This document shows, piece by piece, positions 17,497-29,334 of a stretch of 64,000 nt of DNA. The DNA is from Acidobacteriaceae bacterium (GTDB lineage Bacteria; Acidobacteriota; Terriglobia; Terriglobales; Acidobacteriaceae), in contig PMYL01000015.1 of the NCBI GenBank assembly GCA_003170825.1, positions 74 through 64,073 of the forward strand. The letters run 5' to 3'. Numbering within the stretch: the first letter of the stretch is position 1; each line of letters begins with the position of its first letter. The notes below the pieces were generated by a model that saw only the letters and a list, made by a program, of their open reading frames with translations, was not told the DNA's origin and searched no databases. A program made the position numbers and the translations under genes.

Positions 17497-20065
17497 GCAG
17501 GCATTGAGCTGGAAGCGAGCTGGGGCCATCGGCTGGCGTGACTTGAAGTCCGCGCCGGGGAAGTTTGGCTTTGTGGTGCTGTCGGTGGCGGTGGGGGTTG
17601 CTGCGCTGGTGGGGGTGCGGGGGTTCAGCGAGAGCTTCCGGCGTACTTTGAGTACGGAAGCGCGGTCGCTGATGGCCGGGGACCTGAGCGCGCGCATCTT
17701 TCACGAGCCGACGGACGAGGAAAAGGGAAAGATTGCGGTTATTGAGCGGCAGGGAACTGGCGGAATTCGTTCGACGTGGGTGACGGAAACCATTTCCATG
17801 GCTTCCGTGCCGCCGGACCCGGTGCCGCTGCTGGTTTCGCTCAAGGCCGTGGACCCAGGCGAGTATCCCTACTACGGCACGGCGGAACTGGAGCCGGGTC
17901 GCCGCGGCGACAGCCTGAAGCAGGCTCTGGAGGGCGACTCGGCGGTGGTGGCGGAGGAGTTTCTGATTCGCCTGAATGCGCAGGTGGGCCAGACGCTGCG
18001 GCTGGGCGGCAGGAACTTCAGGATTGCGGCGGTGCTGAGGCAGGAGCCGGATCGCATCAGCGCCGGAGCGGGACTGGGGCCGCGAGTGATGATCTCGCAG
18101 GCGGCGCTGGCACGCACCGGACTCCTGGCGCCGGGAAGCCGGGCCAGTGAGAGGCTGCTGATGAAGCTGCCGCCGCAAGCCGACCCCGTGACGCTGCGCA
18201 AGCAGGTGGAGGCGGCGCTGCCGGACGCGCAGGTGATGGACTTCCGCGAGGGCAATCCGGCGCTGAGCCAGGGGCTGGATAACGCGACTGCGATCCTGAG
18301 CCTGATCTGCCTGGTGGCCATGGTGCTGGGGGCGATCGGCGTGGCGATGGCGATGCATGCGCATCTGGAGCAACGGATGGACATGCTGGCCATTCTGAAG
18401 GCCGTGGGCGCGGGATCGGCTGATTTGCTGCGCATCTTTCTGTTGCAGACGCTGGGGCTGGGGCTGGCCGGAGGTGTGTTGGGCGTGGCTGCCGGGGTGG
18501 GCGTGATGGCCGCGCTGCCGGCGGTATTCGGCAAGCTGCTCCCGGTTCATGCGGCGCTTGAATTTCCCTGGCGGTCGATCGCAGCCGGGATGGGAACGGG
18601 GCTGCTGACGACGCTGCTGTTCTGTTTGCCGCCGCTGTTGGACGTGCGGAATGTCAGGCCGGTGCTGGTGTTGCGGCGGCTGGTGGAGCATGGGCCCGAG
18701 GGCATTGGCGGATGGTTTGCGCGCTGGTGGGCGCGGCGGTTGCAACTGGGGATTTCCGTGGCGGTGGTGCTGGCTCTGGGCGGAATCGCGTGGGCGCTGT
18801 CGGACTCGGCCAAGGTGGGCACGTGGTTTGCTGTGTTGTTTGCGATTGCGCTGGTGGTTCTGCTGGTGCTGGCGGCGGTGGCGTTGTGGACGCTGCGCTT
18901 TCTGCTGAACCGAGTACGGCTGCGGTTGCCGTCGTTCCTGCGGCATGGGCTGGCCAACCTTTACCGGCCGGGTAACCAGTCGGCGGCGGTGCTGGCGGCG
19001 CTGGGGACAGGCGTGATGCTGATCCTGGCGGTCTACCTGATGCAGGCGGCGCTGGTGAGGGATATTCGCGAGACGGCCTCGCCTAAGCTGCCCAATATTT
19101 TCCTGGTGGATGTGAGCACGGATGAGGTTGCGGGGGTGAAGGATTTCTTTCAGCACCAGGCGGGGGTGAGCCAGGCGCTGGATCTGATGCCGGTGGTGAC
19201 GGGGCGGTTTCTATCGCTCAACGGCAAGCCGGTGGAGCAGCTCAAGGAGCAGCATTTTCCGCGGCGGATGCTGCAAAACGCCGAATTGAGCTGGGCGGAT
19301 GCGCCTCCGGCGGGCGACAAGGTGACGCAGGGCAAGTGGTGGACGGATGGGGGCGCGGCTGAGTTGGCCGTTGGCGAAGGCGTGGCCCAGCGGCTGCACC
19401 TGGGCGTGGGCTCGGCGGTGGAGTTGGAGACGGGCGGAACAGTGCGGGCGCTGAAGGTTGCCGCGATTTATCGAGCGGACGGGCAGCACTTGGGCATGCG
19501 CGTTTCGTTTGTGCTGCCGTCAGGGCAGCTCAAGGACCAGGCGGCGACGTGGTACGGCGGGGCGCACATCGATCCGAAACAGGTGGCGGCAATGGAGCGG
19601 GCGCTGTTTGTAGCCTATCCCTCGATCACGGTCATCAACCTTGCCGATGTGCTGGAGCGGATTGAGAGCGTGGTCGATCAGATTACGTTTGTGGTGCGAT
19701 TCCTGGCGGGGTTCTCGATCTTTGCGGGGTTGATGATTCTGGCCTCGAGCATTGCCGGCACACGCTTCCGGCGGATGCGGGAGGCGGTGGTGCTGAAGAC
19801 GCTGGGGGCTACGCGAATGCGCATCGTCCGCACCTTCAGCGTCGAGTTCAGCGTCCTCGGCCTGCTGGCCGGCTCGGTCGGCGTCATCTTCGCCAATCTG
19901 CTCACGCGGGTGCTGCTGCACAAGCTGGAAGTGGGGTTTCACATCGAGTGGCGCGCCACCTTGATTGCACTCGTCGGCACGGCGCTTCTGGCCACGGCCA
20001 CCGGCTGGATCGCCAGCTACCGCATCCTCGGCCTGCGCCCGCTGGAAGTGCTGCGCGAGGAATAA
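17489..20065 (+). CDS. ABC transporter permease, FtsX/YbbP-like
   Basis: Two FtsX-type halves (LKAVGA; LKTLGATR), MAGDL and PNIFLVDV motifs. Confidence 0.9.
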   Translation: MAKQALSWKRAGAIGWRDLKSAPGKFGFVVLSVAVGVAALVGVRGFSESFRRTLSTEARSLMAGDLSARIFHEPTDEEKGKIAVIERQGTGGIRSTWVTETISMASVPPDPVPLLVSLKAVDPGEYPYYGTAELEPGRRGDSLKQALEGDSAVVAEEFLIRLNAQVGQTLRLGGRNFRIAAVLRQEPDRISAGAGLGPRVMISQAALARTGLLAPGSRASERLLMKLPPQADPVTLRKQVEAALPDAQVMDFREGNPALSQGLDNATAILSLICLVAMVLGAIGVAMAMHAHLEQRMDMLAILKAVGAGSADLLRIFLLQTLGLGLAGGVLGVAAGVGVMAALPAVFGKLLPVHAALEFPWRSIAAGMGTGLLTTLLFCLPPLLDVRNVRPVLVLRRLVEHGPEGIGGWFARWWARRLQLGISVAVVLALGGIAWALSDSAKVGTWFAVLFAIALVVLLVLAAVALWTLRFLLNRVRLRLPSFLRHGLANLYRPGNQSAAVLAALGTGVMLILAVYLMQAALVRDIRETASPKLPNIFLVDVSTDEVAGVKDFFQHQAGVSQALDLMPVVTGRFLSLNGKPVEQLKEQHFPRRMLQNAELSWADAPPAGDKVTQGKWWTDGGAAELAVGEGVAQRLHLGVGSAVELETGGTVRALKVAAIYRADGQHLGMRVSFVLPSGQLKDQAATWYGGAHIDPKQVAAMERALFVAYPSITVINLADVLERIESVVDQITFVVRFLAGFSIFAGLMILASSIAGTRFRRMREAVVLKTLGATRMRIVRTFSVEFSVLGLLAGSVGVIFANLLTRVLLHKLEVGFHIEWRATLIALVGTALLATATGWIASYRILGLRPLEVLREE

Positions 20066-20330
20066 AACTCGCCGCTTATCGTTGCGCCGACATCTAGGTC
20101 CACGCTATGGTCCATCCATTGCTGAACAATAGAGCCTGAATGAATAGGGGCAAAGCTTTTCATGGCTCAGGATGATTCATCGGGGCTGATGATCGGGCCA
20201 CCTGCCAAAGCTTTTCATGATACATTTGATTCTTCGGAGCTGATGAGAGGGCGAACTGGCCCATGACACAAGGTACCGTTCTAGCCCTCCCATTTCTACA
20301 TCATCTTTAACGCTCGAAAGGCGTTGACGT

Positions 20331-21011
20331 ATGACATTTCAGGTTGCACTGGTTGGAACCGACGGCGTGCTTATTGCTAGCGACAGAAGAAGTATCTACT
20401 TTTCCTATGAGAGCGACGATGATCCTTGCGCGTCTTCCCAACCAAGCGAGGTTTGCAAAATAGTGCGCTCCGAGTCCGATGAGGTTGTCTGTGCTTTCGC
20501 TGGAAGTCCCTATTCCAGTTCTATTGCAAAAGCTATCGTAGACTCTGCCGAATTCCTGAATGCTAGGACCGACAGCGACCGCGAAGTCGTTATCAAATCA
20601 ATCCTCGGGAAACAGGGGAAAGGGCCGCAACAACGGGACGAAATCATAATCGTCCGCAAAATGGATCTAGGGCACGTCGTTGTTCTATCTCGCAAGGGAT
20701 ATAGTGATCCTACATTCACCGAATGCACTACGCAGATTTGCATGGGGAATAACATGATTCCGGCGCGTTTCATCCCGCGACACTTTTGGAGAAAGCGTCC
20801 AATTGCAGAGTTGGAGCCTCTCGCTCTGCTTACTCTTTCATGCGCGGTGTGGGAAGAGAAATCAATGATCGGTGGGGGGTTTGACTTCTTATTTATCACC
20901 GCAGATGGATTCAAGCCTTGCCATTACGACGAAGACGATCCCAGAATTGAACAGGCGAGAAAATCGTTTGAGAAAGCCGCACAACCAATGATTTGTACTA
21001 GCAATTCTTGA
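20331..21011 (+). CDS. Proteasome beta/HslV-like Ntn-hydrolase fold protein (standalone)
   Basis: After Met removal: Thr1, Asp17 (DGVLIASDRR), CKIV, CAFAG and a C-terminal IGGGFDFLFITADG; AT-richer than its flanks. Confidence 0.65.
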   Translation: MTFQVALVGTDGVLIASDRRSIYFSYESDDDPCASSQPSEVCKIVRSESDEVVCAFAGSPYSSSIAKAIVDSAEFLNARTDSDREVVIKSILGKQGKGPQQRDEIIIVRKMDLGHVVVLSRKGYSDPTFTECTTQICMGNNMIPARFIPRHFWRKRPIAELEPLALLTLSCAVWEEKSMIGGGFDFLFITADGFKPCHYDEDDPRIEQARKSFEKAAQPMICTSNS

Positions 21012-21069
21012 ATCGTCCAGATGTGATCCGTGACGCCCGATTCCATCGCGGGAGTGACGGCCGAGGCAT

Positions 21070-22071
21070 TCATTTTGAAACAGTGTGTTCCGCAAACCAC
21101 TTGCTCGCGCGCGCCTGTGCCTGCGACAGATCAGCGGGCGTCAGGTGAGATGCTGCCTGGTCCCGAGACTTTGTTGCCTTTTCCAAAACAGGAGCGTCGA
21201 GCTTCCCCGAAGCAGCTAAGTCAAGCCAGAAATACGATTCCGCAAAGTCTTGGGGCACGCCTTGGCCCAGAAAGCAAATAAGGCCGAGATAGTATTGCGC
21301 GCCTGCGTCACCCTGTTCGGCCGCTTTCCGGGTCCAGTTTGCAGCCTGCACATCATCTTGCAGGACACCCTTGCCAGTGGAGTACAGAATGCCAAGTCTG
21401 CTTTGAGCGTCTGCGTATCCCTGCTCGGCAGCTTTCCGATACCATGTGGCAGCCAGTGTATAGTCTTGCGGCATTCCTTGGCCGATCTCATAGAGGTTGC
21501 CCAAGTGGAATTCGGCATCTGCAAGCCCCTGGTCAGCCGCCTTGCGATACCAAAATGCGGCTTGTGTCCAATCTGGCGGCAAGCGCCCGTCACCAAGGTA
21601 ATACTCTCCCAAGAGAAACTGCGCATTTGCGTAACCTTGGTCAGCCGCCTTGCGATACCAGACCACAGCTTGTCCATCGTCGCGCGTGACTCCCTGACCA
21701 TTGACGTAGAGGGAGCCAAGGTTCGATTCCGCCCCTGCAAGTCCTTGCTCGGCAGCTTTGCGATACCACATGGCAGCTTTGAAGTAATCCTGCTGCACAC
21801 CCCGGCCAAGATCGTATGCAATCCCAAGGTTCAATTGCGCTGGTGCCAAACCCCGCTCTGCTGCTTTTTGGAACCAGAAGACGGCCTTCGTGTGGTTTTG
21901 CGGTACACCATCGCCACGGTCATAGGCCACACCAAGGTCGAATTGCGAAAGTACATCTCCAGCCTGAGCCTTGGATTGCAACGCTTTGACGGTACTCTGC
22001 GCCGCTGCGACAGCGGTCAATATCGCGCCGACCACCGCGAGCTGCGCAAGAAACAACAATCTCCGTCTCAT
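21070..22071 (-). CDS. Secreted Sel1-repeat (TPR-like) protein
   Basis: Signal peptide MRRRLLFLAQLAVVGAILTAVAAA followed by seven A(E/D)QG..AQ..LG..Y..G.G...D...A..WYRKA repeats. Confidence 0.92.
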   Translation of the reverse strand: MRRRLLFLAQLAVVGAILTAVAAAQSTVKALQSKAQAGDVLSQFDLGVAYDRGDGVPQNHTKAVFWFQKAAERGLAPAQLNLGIAYDLGRGVQQDYFKAAMWYRKAAEQGLAGAESNLGSLYVNGQGVTRDDGQAVVWYRKAADQGYANAQFLLGEYYLGDGRLPPDWTQAAFWYRKAADQGLADAEFHLGNLYEIGQGMPQDYTLAATWYRKAAEQGYADAQSRLGILYSTGKGVLQDDVQAANWTRKAAEQGDAGAQYYLGLICFLGQGVPQDFAESYFWLDLAASGKLDAPVLEKATKSRDQAASHLTPADLSQAQARASKWFAEHTVSK

Positions 22072-22155
22072 AACTGTCACCATTCCTCGCCTACCAGTAT
22101 ATGCGCGGCTCTGGCAGGTAGGTGGCCCTGATCTCAAACATTGTTTTATCAAATT

Positions 22156-22200
22156 GAGGGTACACCAGGTCCCTCGCCTTTGGGGACCGGGGGCACCCTC
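22156..22200. repeat. REP-like palindrome
   Basis: gagggt..ccaggtccc-tcgccttt-ggggaccgggggcaccctc inverted repeat. Confidence 0.5.
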
Positions 22201-22530
22201 AGATTTATTGAATAGTAAAAGTCAACAGACCGGGGCCACCCGCCTTGTGAGAAACTGGAAGAGCAGACAAAATCTCCCAGAAATCTCCGCTCGCGCAGCA
22301 GAACCCAGGCGAGATTGAGGAACAGTTCCATTCTCAGCCCCGGTTCTATACCAGGGATGTTGTATGTCAGTGAAAAAGGGCACGATGTGCTTTATATTGC
22401 ACGCGAGTCAACGAGCATCGTGCAAGGAGTTTCCAAAGGTTTGATAAGCGATTGCTTTGGCACAAGCTTCGGCTCCAGCGCAACGTCGTAGCGGTCTGGG
22501 CAGGGAGGCTTTTTGCGGTTACGGGAGGGT

Positions 22531-22559
22531 TTGACCGGGGCGGGGAATCCCCTTATGAT
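22531..22559 (+). promoter_or_regulatory. Sigma70-type promoter upstream of tRNA-Gln
   Basis: TTGACC-N17-TATGAT. Confidence 0.65.
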
Positions 22560-22642
22560 GAACAGGTTGGCTTTTGGTGTCCGGCGCCCTGCCGCGGCCC
22601 AGGCCGATCCGGCTGCAAGTTGGCCGCGCAGTTCGCGCTTGC

Positions 22643-22716
22643 TGCCCCCTCGTTCAATGGTAGGACAGCTGCCTCTGGAGCAGCCTATCGGGGTTCGAAT
22701 CCCTGGGGGGCAGCCA
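22643..22716 (+). tRNA. tRNA-Gln (CTG)
   Basis: TGCCCCCTCGTTCAATGGTAGGACAGCTGCCT-CTG-GAGCAGCCTATCGGGGTTCGAATCCCTGGGGGGCAGCCA: 74 nt, U1-A72 pair and encoded CCA. Confidence 0.96.
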
Positions 22717-22744
22717 AAATTCCGTGATAAATCCTTCAGGTTCC

Positions 22745-24190
22745 TTAGGCCAACGCGTGATGGCGCTGCGCCAGGGGTTCCGCCTTTGCGGCCAGGTAGC
22801 TGTCAATGGCAGCGGCGGCCTTGCGGCCTTCCGAGATGGCCCAGACCACCAGCGACTGGCCGCGGCGCATATCGCCAGCGGCAAAGATGCCGTCGACGGA
22901 GGTCATGTAGCCGTCCTTTGTAGCGACGTTGCCGCGGTTGTCGAGGGCGAGGCCCAACTGCTCGATCATGCCCGAGCGGATGGGGCCGAGGAAGCCCATG
23001 GCGAGCAGGACCAGATCGACGTCGAGGGTGAACTCGGAACCGGGAATGGGCTCGAAGGACGGAGGCGGGCCTACGCGCACCAGGTGCAACTGCTTGACGT
23101 TGCCGTTTTCGTCGCCGGTGAACTTCACGCTATTGACGCTCCAGTCGCGGATGCCGCCCTCTTCATGGGAGCTTTCAGTGCGCAACTGCAAGGGCCACAG
23201 CGGCCAGGGGGTGGAGGCGGCGCGCTGTTCGGGCGGCCTGGGCATGATCTCGAACTGGTGAACGCTCAAGGGGCGCTGACGGAGGCTGGTGCCCAGGCAG
23301 TCGGCGCCGGTGTCGCCGCCGCCGATGATGACCACGCGCTTGCCCTCGGCGAGAATGGCGATGGAGGGATCGACCAGATCGCCTTCGCAGCGGCGGTTCT
23401 GCTGGGGCAGGAACTCCATGGCGAAGTGGATTCCGTTGAGTTCGCGGCCGGGGATGTTGAGGTTGCGGGGCTGCTCGGAGCCGCCGCAGAGCAGGATGGC
23501 GTCATAGTGTCCGGTGAGAGTATCCACCGAGACGTTGACGCCTACATTCGAATTGGTGACAAAGGTGACGCCCTCGGCGCGCATCTGCTCAATGCGGCGG
23601 TCGAGGACGCGCTTTTCGAGTTTGAAGTTGGGAATGCCGTAGCGCAACAGGCCGCCGATGCGGTCGTTTTTCTCATAGACGGTGACGGAGTGGCCGGCGC
23701 GGCGCAACTGCTGCGCGGCGGCCAGGCCCGCGGGCCCGCTGCCCACCACGGCCACGCGCTTGCCGGTGTTGTGCTCTGGCGGCTCGGGATGAATCCAGCC
23801 TTCCTCCCAGGCGCGCTCGACGATGCTGCGCTCGATGAGCTTGATGGAGACGGCGGGCTGGCTGATGGCGAGCACGCAGGCGGCCTCGCAGGGCGCGGGA
23901 CAGATGCGGCCGGTGAACTCCGGAAAGTTATTGGTGGAGTGGAGGCGGCGGATCGCGGCTTCCCAACGTCCGTTATAGACCAGGTCGTTCCAGTCGGGAA
24001 TCAGATTGTTGACCGGACAGCCGGTGTGGCAGAAGGGCACGCCGCAATCCATGCAGCGGGCGCCCTGCTCGCGCTGTTTCTCTTCACCGAAGGGCTCGTA
24101 GATTTCAAACCAGTCCTGAAGCCGCTCCTTGACCTTGCGGCGGGCGGGTTGTTCGCGCTCAATTTCCAGGAATCCTGTCACCTTACCCAT
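22745..24190 (-). CDS. gltD: Glutamate synthase small subunit
   Basis: [51 protein letters not shown] and [15 protein letters not shown]. Confidence 0.96.
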   Translation of the reverse strand: MGKVTGFLEIEREQPARRKVKERLQDWFEIYEPFGEEKQREQGARCMDCGVPFCHTGCPVNNLIPDWNDLVYNGRWEAAIRRLHSTNNFPEFTGRICPAPCEAACVLAISQPAVSIKLIERSIVERAWEEGWIHPEPPEHNTGKRVAVVGSGPAGLAAAQQLRRAGHSVTVYEKNDRIGGLLRYGIPNFKLEKRVLDRRIEQMRAEGVTFVTNSNVGVNVSVDTLTGHYDAILLCGGSEQPRNLNIPGRELNGIHFAMEFLPQQNRRCEGDLVDPSIAILAEGKRVVIIGGGDTGADCLGTSLRQRPLSVHQFEIMPRPPEQRAASTPWPLWPLQLRTESSHEEGGIRDWSVNSVKFTGDENGNVKQLHLVRVGPPPSFEPIPGSEFTLDVDLVLLAMGFLGPIRSGMIEQLGLALDNRGNVATKDGYMTSVDGIFAAGDMRRGQSLVVWAISEGRKAAAAIDSYLAAKAEPLAQRHHALA

Positions 24191-27100
24191 GCTGCACCTC
24201 GGCTGCCGCCGCCACGGGCGACGAAGTTGTTGGGGGCGTGTAAACCGCTTCGACGCGCTCAATGCCCAGGACGCGCTTGTACTCGTGCGGGAAGACCTTG
24301 ATGAAGCGCGGCTGCGCGCCGGCCCAATGCTCCAGAATCCAGGCGGCGCGCGGGCTGCCGGTCAGGTCGCGATGGCGTTCCAGCAGGCCGCGCACCTCGG
24401 CCACGTCCGCATCGGAGATCAGAGGCTCCAGATCGACGCTGGTCTTGTTGCAGCGGCGCGCGGTGAAGTCGCCCTGCTCGTCGTAGACAAAGGCGCGTCC
24501 GCCGTTCATGCCGGCGGCGAAGTTGCGTCCGGTCTTTCCGATCACGACCACCGTGCCGTTGGTCATGTACTCGCAGCCGTGGTCGCCCACGCCCTCGACC
24601 ACCGCGATGGCGCCGGAGTTGCGCACGGCGAAGCGCTCACCGGCGATGCCGTTCAGGAAGGCTTCGCCGCTGGTTGCGCCGTAGAGCACGACGTTGCCCA
24701 CCAGGATGCTCTCTTCGGGCAGGAAGCTCGAGGTTTTGGGCGGATAGGCGATGATGCGCCCGCCGGAGAGTCCCTTGCCCAGATAATCGTTGGAGTCGCC
24801 TTCGAGTTCCAGCGTGACGCCGTTGGGAACGAATGCGCCGAAGCTCTGGCCGGCCGAGCCGGTGAATTTGAAATGAATCGTGCCGTCCGGCAATCCGGCC
24901 GATCCGTAGCGGAGGGCGATCTGGCCGCCCAGCATGGCGCCCACGGTGCGATGCACGTTGCGTATGGCGAAGCTGGCAGTGACCGGCGACTTCGATTCAA
25001 GGGCAGGCGCGGCCTTTTCGATGAGGGCGTGATCAAGCGCCGCATTGAGTCCGTGATCCTGCGCCTGCACCTTGCGGCGCGCCACGCGCGAAGGCACAGT
25101 GGGCGCATAAAGGATCGAGGAGAGATCGATGCCCTTGGCCTTCCAGTGGGTGTCGGCGATGGCGGCGTCGATCTTGTCCACGCGGCCCACCATCTCATCG
25201 AAGGTGCGGAAGCCCAGCCTGGCCATCAGCTGGCGGACCTGCTCGGCGATGAAGAAGAAGAAGTTGACCACGTGCTCGGGCTGTCCCTTGAAGCGCGCGC
25301 GCAACACCGGGTCCTGCGTGGCGATGCCCACCGAGCAGGTGTTCAGGTGGCACTTGCGCATCATGATGCAGCCCATGCTGATCAGAGGCGCAGTGGAGAA
25401 GCCGAACTGCTCGGCGCCCAGGAGGGCTGCGATGACCACGTCGCGGCCGGTCTGGAGTTTGCCGTCGGTCTGCACCTTGATGCGCCCGCGCAGGTCGTTG
25501 AGCAGCAGCACCTGTTGCGTCTCGGCCAGTCCCAACTCCCACGGCAGCCCGGCGTGCTTGATGGAGCTGAGCGGCGATGCGCCGGTGCCGCCGCTGTCGC
25601 CGGAGATGAGCACCACATCGGCATGCGCCTTGCTGACGCCCGCGGCCACCGTGCCCACGCCCACCTCGGAGACCAGCTTGACGGCGATGCGGGCCTTGGG
25701 ATTGACGTTCTTCAAGTCGTGGATGAGTTGCGCCAGGTCTTCGATGGAGTAGATGTCGTGGTGCGGCGGGGGCGAGATGAGGGCCACGCCGGGAATCGAG
25801 TGGCGCGTCCGGGCGATAATCTCATCCACCTTGTGGCCGGGCAATTGCCCGCCCTCGCCGGGCTTTGCGCCCTGCGCCATCTTGATCTGCAACTCGTCGG
25901 CGTTGACCAGATAATTGGTAGTCACGCCGAAGCGGCCGCTGGCCACCTGCTTGACGGCGCTGCGGCGCAGATCGCCGTTGGGGTCGCGCTGGAAACGCTC
26001 TTCGTCCTCGCCGCCCTCGCCGGTGTTGGACATGCCGCCGATGCGGTTCATGGCGATGGCCAGCGTCTCGTGCGCCTCTTTGCTGATGGAGCCAAAGCTC
26101 ATGGCGCCGGTGCTGAAGCGCTTGACGATCTCCTTGGCCGGCTCCACTTTATCAATCGGCAGCGGCTTGTCGGAGTACTTGAGCTGGAGCAGGCCGCGCA
26201 GGGTACAGAGATGGCGGTTCTGATCGTCGAGCAGATCGGTGTACTCCTGGAAGGTGGCCGGGTTGTTCTGCCGAACGGCTTGCTGCAGCTTGCTGATGGT
26301 GTCTGGATTCTGCATATGATACTCGCCGCCCAGACGGAACTGATATTGGCCGCCGACGACCAGCTCGGTTTCAGACTCAGTGAGCGGCTCGAAGGCGTAC
26401 TGGTGCTTGAGCAGCGCCTCGCGCGCCAGCACGTCCAGGCCGACGCCCTCGATGCGCGAAGCGGTGCCGGAGAAGTAGCCGTCAACCAGCGATTGATTCA
26501 GGCCCACGGCCTCGAAGACCTGCGCGCCGCGATAGCTTTGCAGCGTGCTGATGCCCATCTTCGAGAAGGTCTTGAGCAGGCCCTTGTTGATGGCCTTGAT
26601 GAAGTTCTTTTCCGCATGGTTGGCGGTGACGTTGTGAGGCAGGAGGCCAAGCCGCTTCAGGTCGTGGATGGTCTCGATGGCCAGATAAGGATTGATGGCG
26701 CTGGCGCCATAGCCGATGAGCAGGGCGAAGTGCATGACCTCGCGCGGCTCTCCGCTCTCGATAATGAGAGCAACCTGGGTGCGGGTCTTGTCGCGGACCA
26801 GACGGTTATGCACGGCAGCCATGGCCAGCAGGCTGGGAATGGGCGCATAGGTCGCATCCACGCCGCGGTCGGAGAGGATCAGCAGCGTGTAGCCGGACTC
26901 CACCGCGTGAGCGGCGCGATTGCTCAGATCTTCGAGCGCGTGCTTCAGGCCATGCTCACCGTCTGCTGCGCGGAAAAGAGTCTGCAGCGTAGTGGCCAGC
27001 AGGTCGCCGGAGGAGACGCGGCGCAGCTTTTCCAGATCGCGGTTGGTCAGGATGGGATGGGGCAGCTTGAGCGTGTGGCAGTTGTCCGGCTGCTCGTCCA

Positions 27101-28787
27101 GAATGTTGCGCTCTGTGCCGATATAGCTGATCAGCGACATCACCAGCTCTTCGCGGATGGGATCGATGGGCGGGTTGGTGACCTGAGCAAAGAGCTGCTT
27201 GAAGTAGCTGAACAAGGACTGCGGACGGTCGGAGAGACAGGCCAGCGGCACATCGGTTCCCATGGAGCCAATCGGTTCCTCGCCCTTTGCGCCCATCGGC
27301 CCCAACAAGATTCTCAAGTCTTCTTCGCTGTAGCCGTAGGCCCTCTGGCGTCGCAGCAGGGTCTCGGGATTGGACGCGATGATACGCGAGGGCTCAGGCA
27401 ACTGATCGAGGGTGATCTGCTGTTCCTTCAGCCAGGTTGCGTAAGGCTGGCGCGCGGCCAACTGCTTCTTGATTTCGGCGTCGGAGATGATGCGCTGTTG
27501 GACGGTATCGACCAGGAACATGCGGCCCGGCTGCAGGCGGCCCTTCTTGCGCACGTCTTCGGGCGGCACTTCGAGGACGCCGGCCTCGGAGGCCAGCACG
27601 ACCAGATCGTCCTTGGTGACGACGTAGCGGCCGGGACGCAGGCCGTTGCGGTCCAGCGTAGCGCCGATGACGCGGCCGTCGGTGAAGGCTATGGCCGCCG
27701 GTCCGTCCCAGGGCTCCATCAGCGAGGCGTGGTATTCGTAGAAGGCGCGCTTGTCCTCGTCCATATCCGGGTTTCCAGCCCAGGCCTCGGGAATCAGCAT
27801 GGCCATCACGTGGGGCAGCGAACGTCCCGACTGAAAGAGGAACTCCACGGCGTTGTCGATGGAAGCCGAGTCGCTGCCGCCGGGGGTGATGACCGGATAC
27901 AGCTTGTCAATCTGGCCGTCGTAAAGCGGGCTCTCCAGGATCGACTGGCGGGCGTTCATCCAACTGACGTTGCCCCGGATGGTGTTGATTTCGCCGTTGT
28001 GCGCGACGTAGCGGTAGGGGTGAGCCAGTTTCCAACTGGGAAAAGTATTGGTGGAGAAGCGCTGGTGCACCAGGCAGAGGGCGCTTGTGACCAGGGGATT
28101 GGCCAGCTCGAAGTAGAACTTTTCAATCTGCGGAGCCAGCATCAGGCCCTTGTAGACGATGGTGCGACAGGAGAACGAGGGGATGTAGAACATTTCCTTG
28201 TCTTCGATCTCGGAAGCGGCAATCTCATTCTCGACGCGGCGGCGGACCCTGTAGAGCAGGCGCTCGAAACTGTCCTCGTCCAACCCGGCCTGATCCAATC
28301 CCTGGGGCCGGCTTACGAACAACTGCTCGATGTAGGGCTGCGAGGCGCGGGCTTCGCGGCCGACCGCGTCGCCGTTGACCGGCGTATCGCGCCAGCCGAG
28401 CACGGTCAGTCCCTCCTCCTGTGCAATGCGCTCAAGGATGCCCTCGCACTGCAAGCGGACATGCTTTTCCACGGGCAGAAAGCACATGGCCACACCGTAG
28501 GCGCCAGGCGCAGGCAACTGCATTCCCAGTTCGCCGCATTGGCGCGCAAAAAAGGCGTGCGGAATCTGAATCAGGATGCCTGCGCCGTCACCGGTCTCCG
28601 GATCGCACCCGCAGGCGCCGCGATGGGTGAGGTTGATGAGCACCTCGAGGCCCTTGCGGATAATCTCATGGCTTTTTTCGCCCTTAATGCTGGCGACCAG
28701 TCCCATGCCGCAGGCATCGTGCTCATTCCGTGGATGATAGAGGCCCTGCGGTTGTGGAGTGCGGAGACGGCGGTCCGATGTATGCAT
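24183..28787 (-). CDS. gltB: Glutamate synthase large subunit
   Basis: HDACG N-terminal Cys, [34 protein letters not shown] and [12 protein letters not shown]. Start inferred at MHTSDRR. Confidence 0.97.
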   Translation of the reverse strand: MHTSDRRLRTPQPQGLYHPRNEHDACGMGLVASIKGEKSHEIIRKGLEVLINLTHRGACGCDPETGDGAGILIQIPHAFFARQCGELGMQLPAPGAYGVAMCFLPVEKHVRLQCEGILERIAQEEGLTVLGWRDTPVNGDAVGREARASQPYIEQLFVSRPQGLDQAGLDEDSFERLLYRVRRRVENEIAASEIEDKEMFYIPSFSCRTIVYKGLMLAPQIEKFYFELANPLVTSALCLVHQRFSTNTFPSWKLAHPYRYVAHNGEINTIRGNVSWMNARQSILESPLYDGQIDKLYPVITPGGSDSASIDNAVEFLFQSGRSLPHVMAMLIPEAWAGNPDMDEDKRAFYEYHASLMEPWDGPAAIAFTDGRVIGATLDRNGLRPGRYVVTKDDLVVLASEAGVLEVPPEDVRKKGRLQPGRMFLVDTVQQRIISDAEIKKQLAARQPYATWLKEQQITLDQLPEPSRIIASNPETLLRRQRAYGYSEEDLRILLGPMGAKGEEPIGSMGTDVPLACLSDRPQSLFSYFKQLFAQVTNPPIDPIREELVMSLISYIGTERNILDEQPDNCHTLKLPHPILTNRDLEKLRRVSSGDLLATTLQTLFRAADGEHGLKHALEDLSNRAAHAVESGYTLLILSDRGVDATYAPIPSLLAMAAVHNRLVRDKTRTQVALIIESGEPREVMHFALLIGYGASAINPYLAIETIHDLKRLGLLPHNVTANHAEKNFIKAINKGLLKTFSKMGISTLQSYRGAQVFEAVGLNQSLVDGYFSGTASRIEGVGLDVLAREALLKHQYAFEPLTESETELVVGGQYQFRLGGEYHMQNPDTISKLQQAVRQNNPATFQEYTDLLDDQNRHLCTLRGLLQLKYSDKPLPIDKVEPAKEIVKRFSTGAMSFGSISKEAHETLAIAMNRIGGMSNTGEGGEDEERFQRDPNGDLRRSAVKQVASGRFGVTTNYLVNADELQIKMAQGAKPGEGGQLPGHKVDEIIARTRHSIPGVALISPPPHHDIYSIEDLAQLIHDLKNVNPKARIAVKLVSEVGVGTVAAGVSKAHADVVLISGDSGGTGASPLSSIKHAGLPWELGLAETQQVLLLNDLRGRIKVQTDGKLQTGRDVVIAALLGAEQFGFSTAPLISMGCIMMRKCHLNTCSVGIATQDPVLRARFKGQPEHVVNFFFFIAEQVRQLMARLGFRTFDEMVGRVDKIDAAIADTHWKAKGIDLSSILYAPTVPSRVARRKVQAQDHGLNAALDHALIEKAAPALESKSPVTASFAIRNVHRTVGAMLGGQIALRYGSAGLPDGTIHFKFTGSAGQSFGAFVPNGVTLELEGDSNDYLGKGLSGGRIIAYPPKTSSFLPEESILVGNVVLYGATSGEAFLNGIAGERFAVRNSGAIAVVEGVGDHGCEYMTNGTVVVIGKTGRNFAAGMNGGRAFVYDEQGDFTARRCNKTSVDLEPLISDADVAEVRGLLERHRDLTGSPRAAWILEHWAGAQPRFIKVFPHEYKRVLGIERVEAVYTPPTTSSPVAAAAEVQHG

Positions 28788-29334
28788 GGCAACCTCTTCG
28801 ATGAAGCTTTTTTGGTGCAGTATGCATTGCCTGGCCCGAAAGACACCACCTCGCGACGATGCCTGTGAGGGAAATCGTCCTGGTCTTTCCTGAATAGGCA
28901 TGCCGGAGCAGGCCTGGCCACGTGTGGGACTAAGCTGACTTCTTTAATATAACGAAAATTTCGCTTTTCGGCAGAACTTCCTTTCGTGGCGCCGTTCGAA
29001 TGGGCATGCCGATTGCTGTGGAGAACGCAATCGTCTCCGACAAGGATCGCGGCGGCGCCGCTCCGCGGGATGCGGAGGTCTTCCCGTGAGTGGAGGGCGC
29101 GCTGGACAAGCCGGGAGACCGGTTGCTCTTGCTGAACGCTCGTCCACAGTTCCTGTCAGCAGGAGATCGTCAATGCGGTGGCGCGCACCTGGCGCAGTGG
29201 CAGTGCAGTGGCCGCGGTAAGGGACTGCTGAATTTCCGCAAGTACTGAGAGGGCGATGGTTTCGGGCAGGCCGGCACAGGTGGCGACGAGGCAGTCGGCA
29301 AAGCTGCCGTTGATGGGCTGGCCGGTGAGTTGGT

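Noticed and set aside
16697-19156. N-terminal ~820 aa of the 1033-aa minus-strand ORF
   Set aside because: Arg/Pro/Gln-rich antisense shadow of the ABC genes; only the last ~214 codons (TesA-like) are a real gene.
20180-20270. Two GCTGATGA motifs suggestive of a hammerhead ribozyme or fluoride riboswitch
   Set aside because: The required GAAA after stem II and the other conserved elements are missing; an Rfam/Infernal scan would settle it.
22643-22716. tRNA-Gln or tRNA-Arg as integration sites of an island
   Set aside because: No duplicated tRNA 3' end and no integrase were found in the window.
24129-28868. 1579-aa plus-strand ORF
   Set aside because: Antisense mirror of gltB caused by biased codon usage.
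28790-29330. Long gltB upstream region as a possible glutamine riboswitch
   Set aside because: Only a loose GGAAG/GAA resemblance; the consensus stems could not be built by eye.
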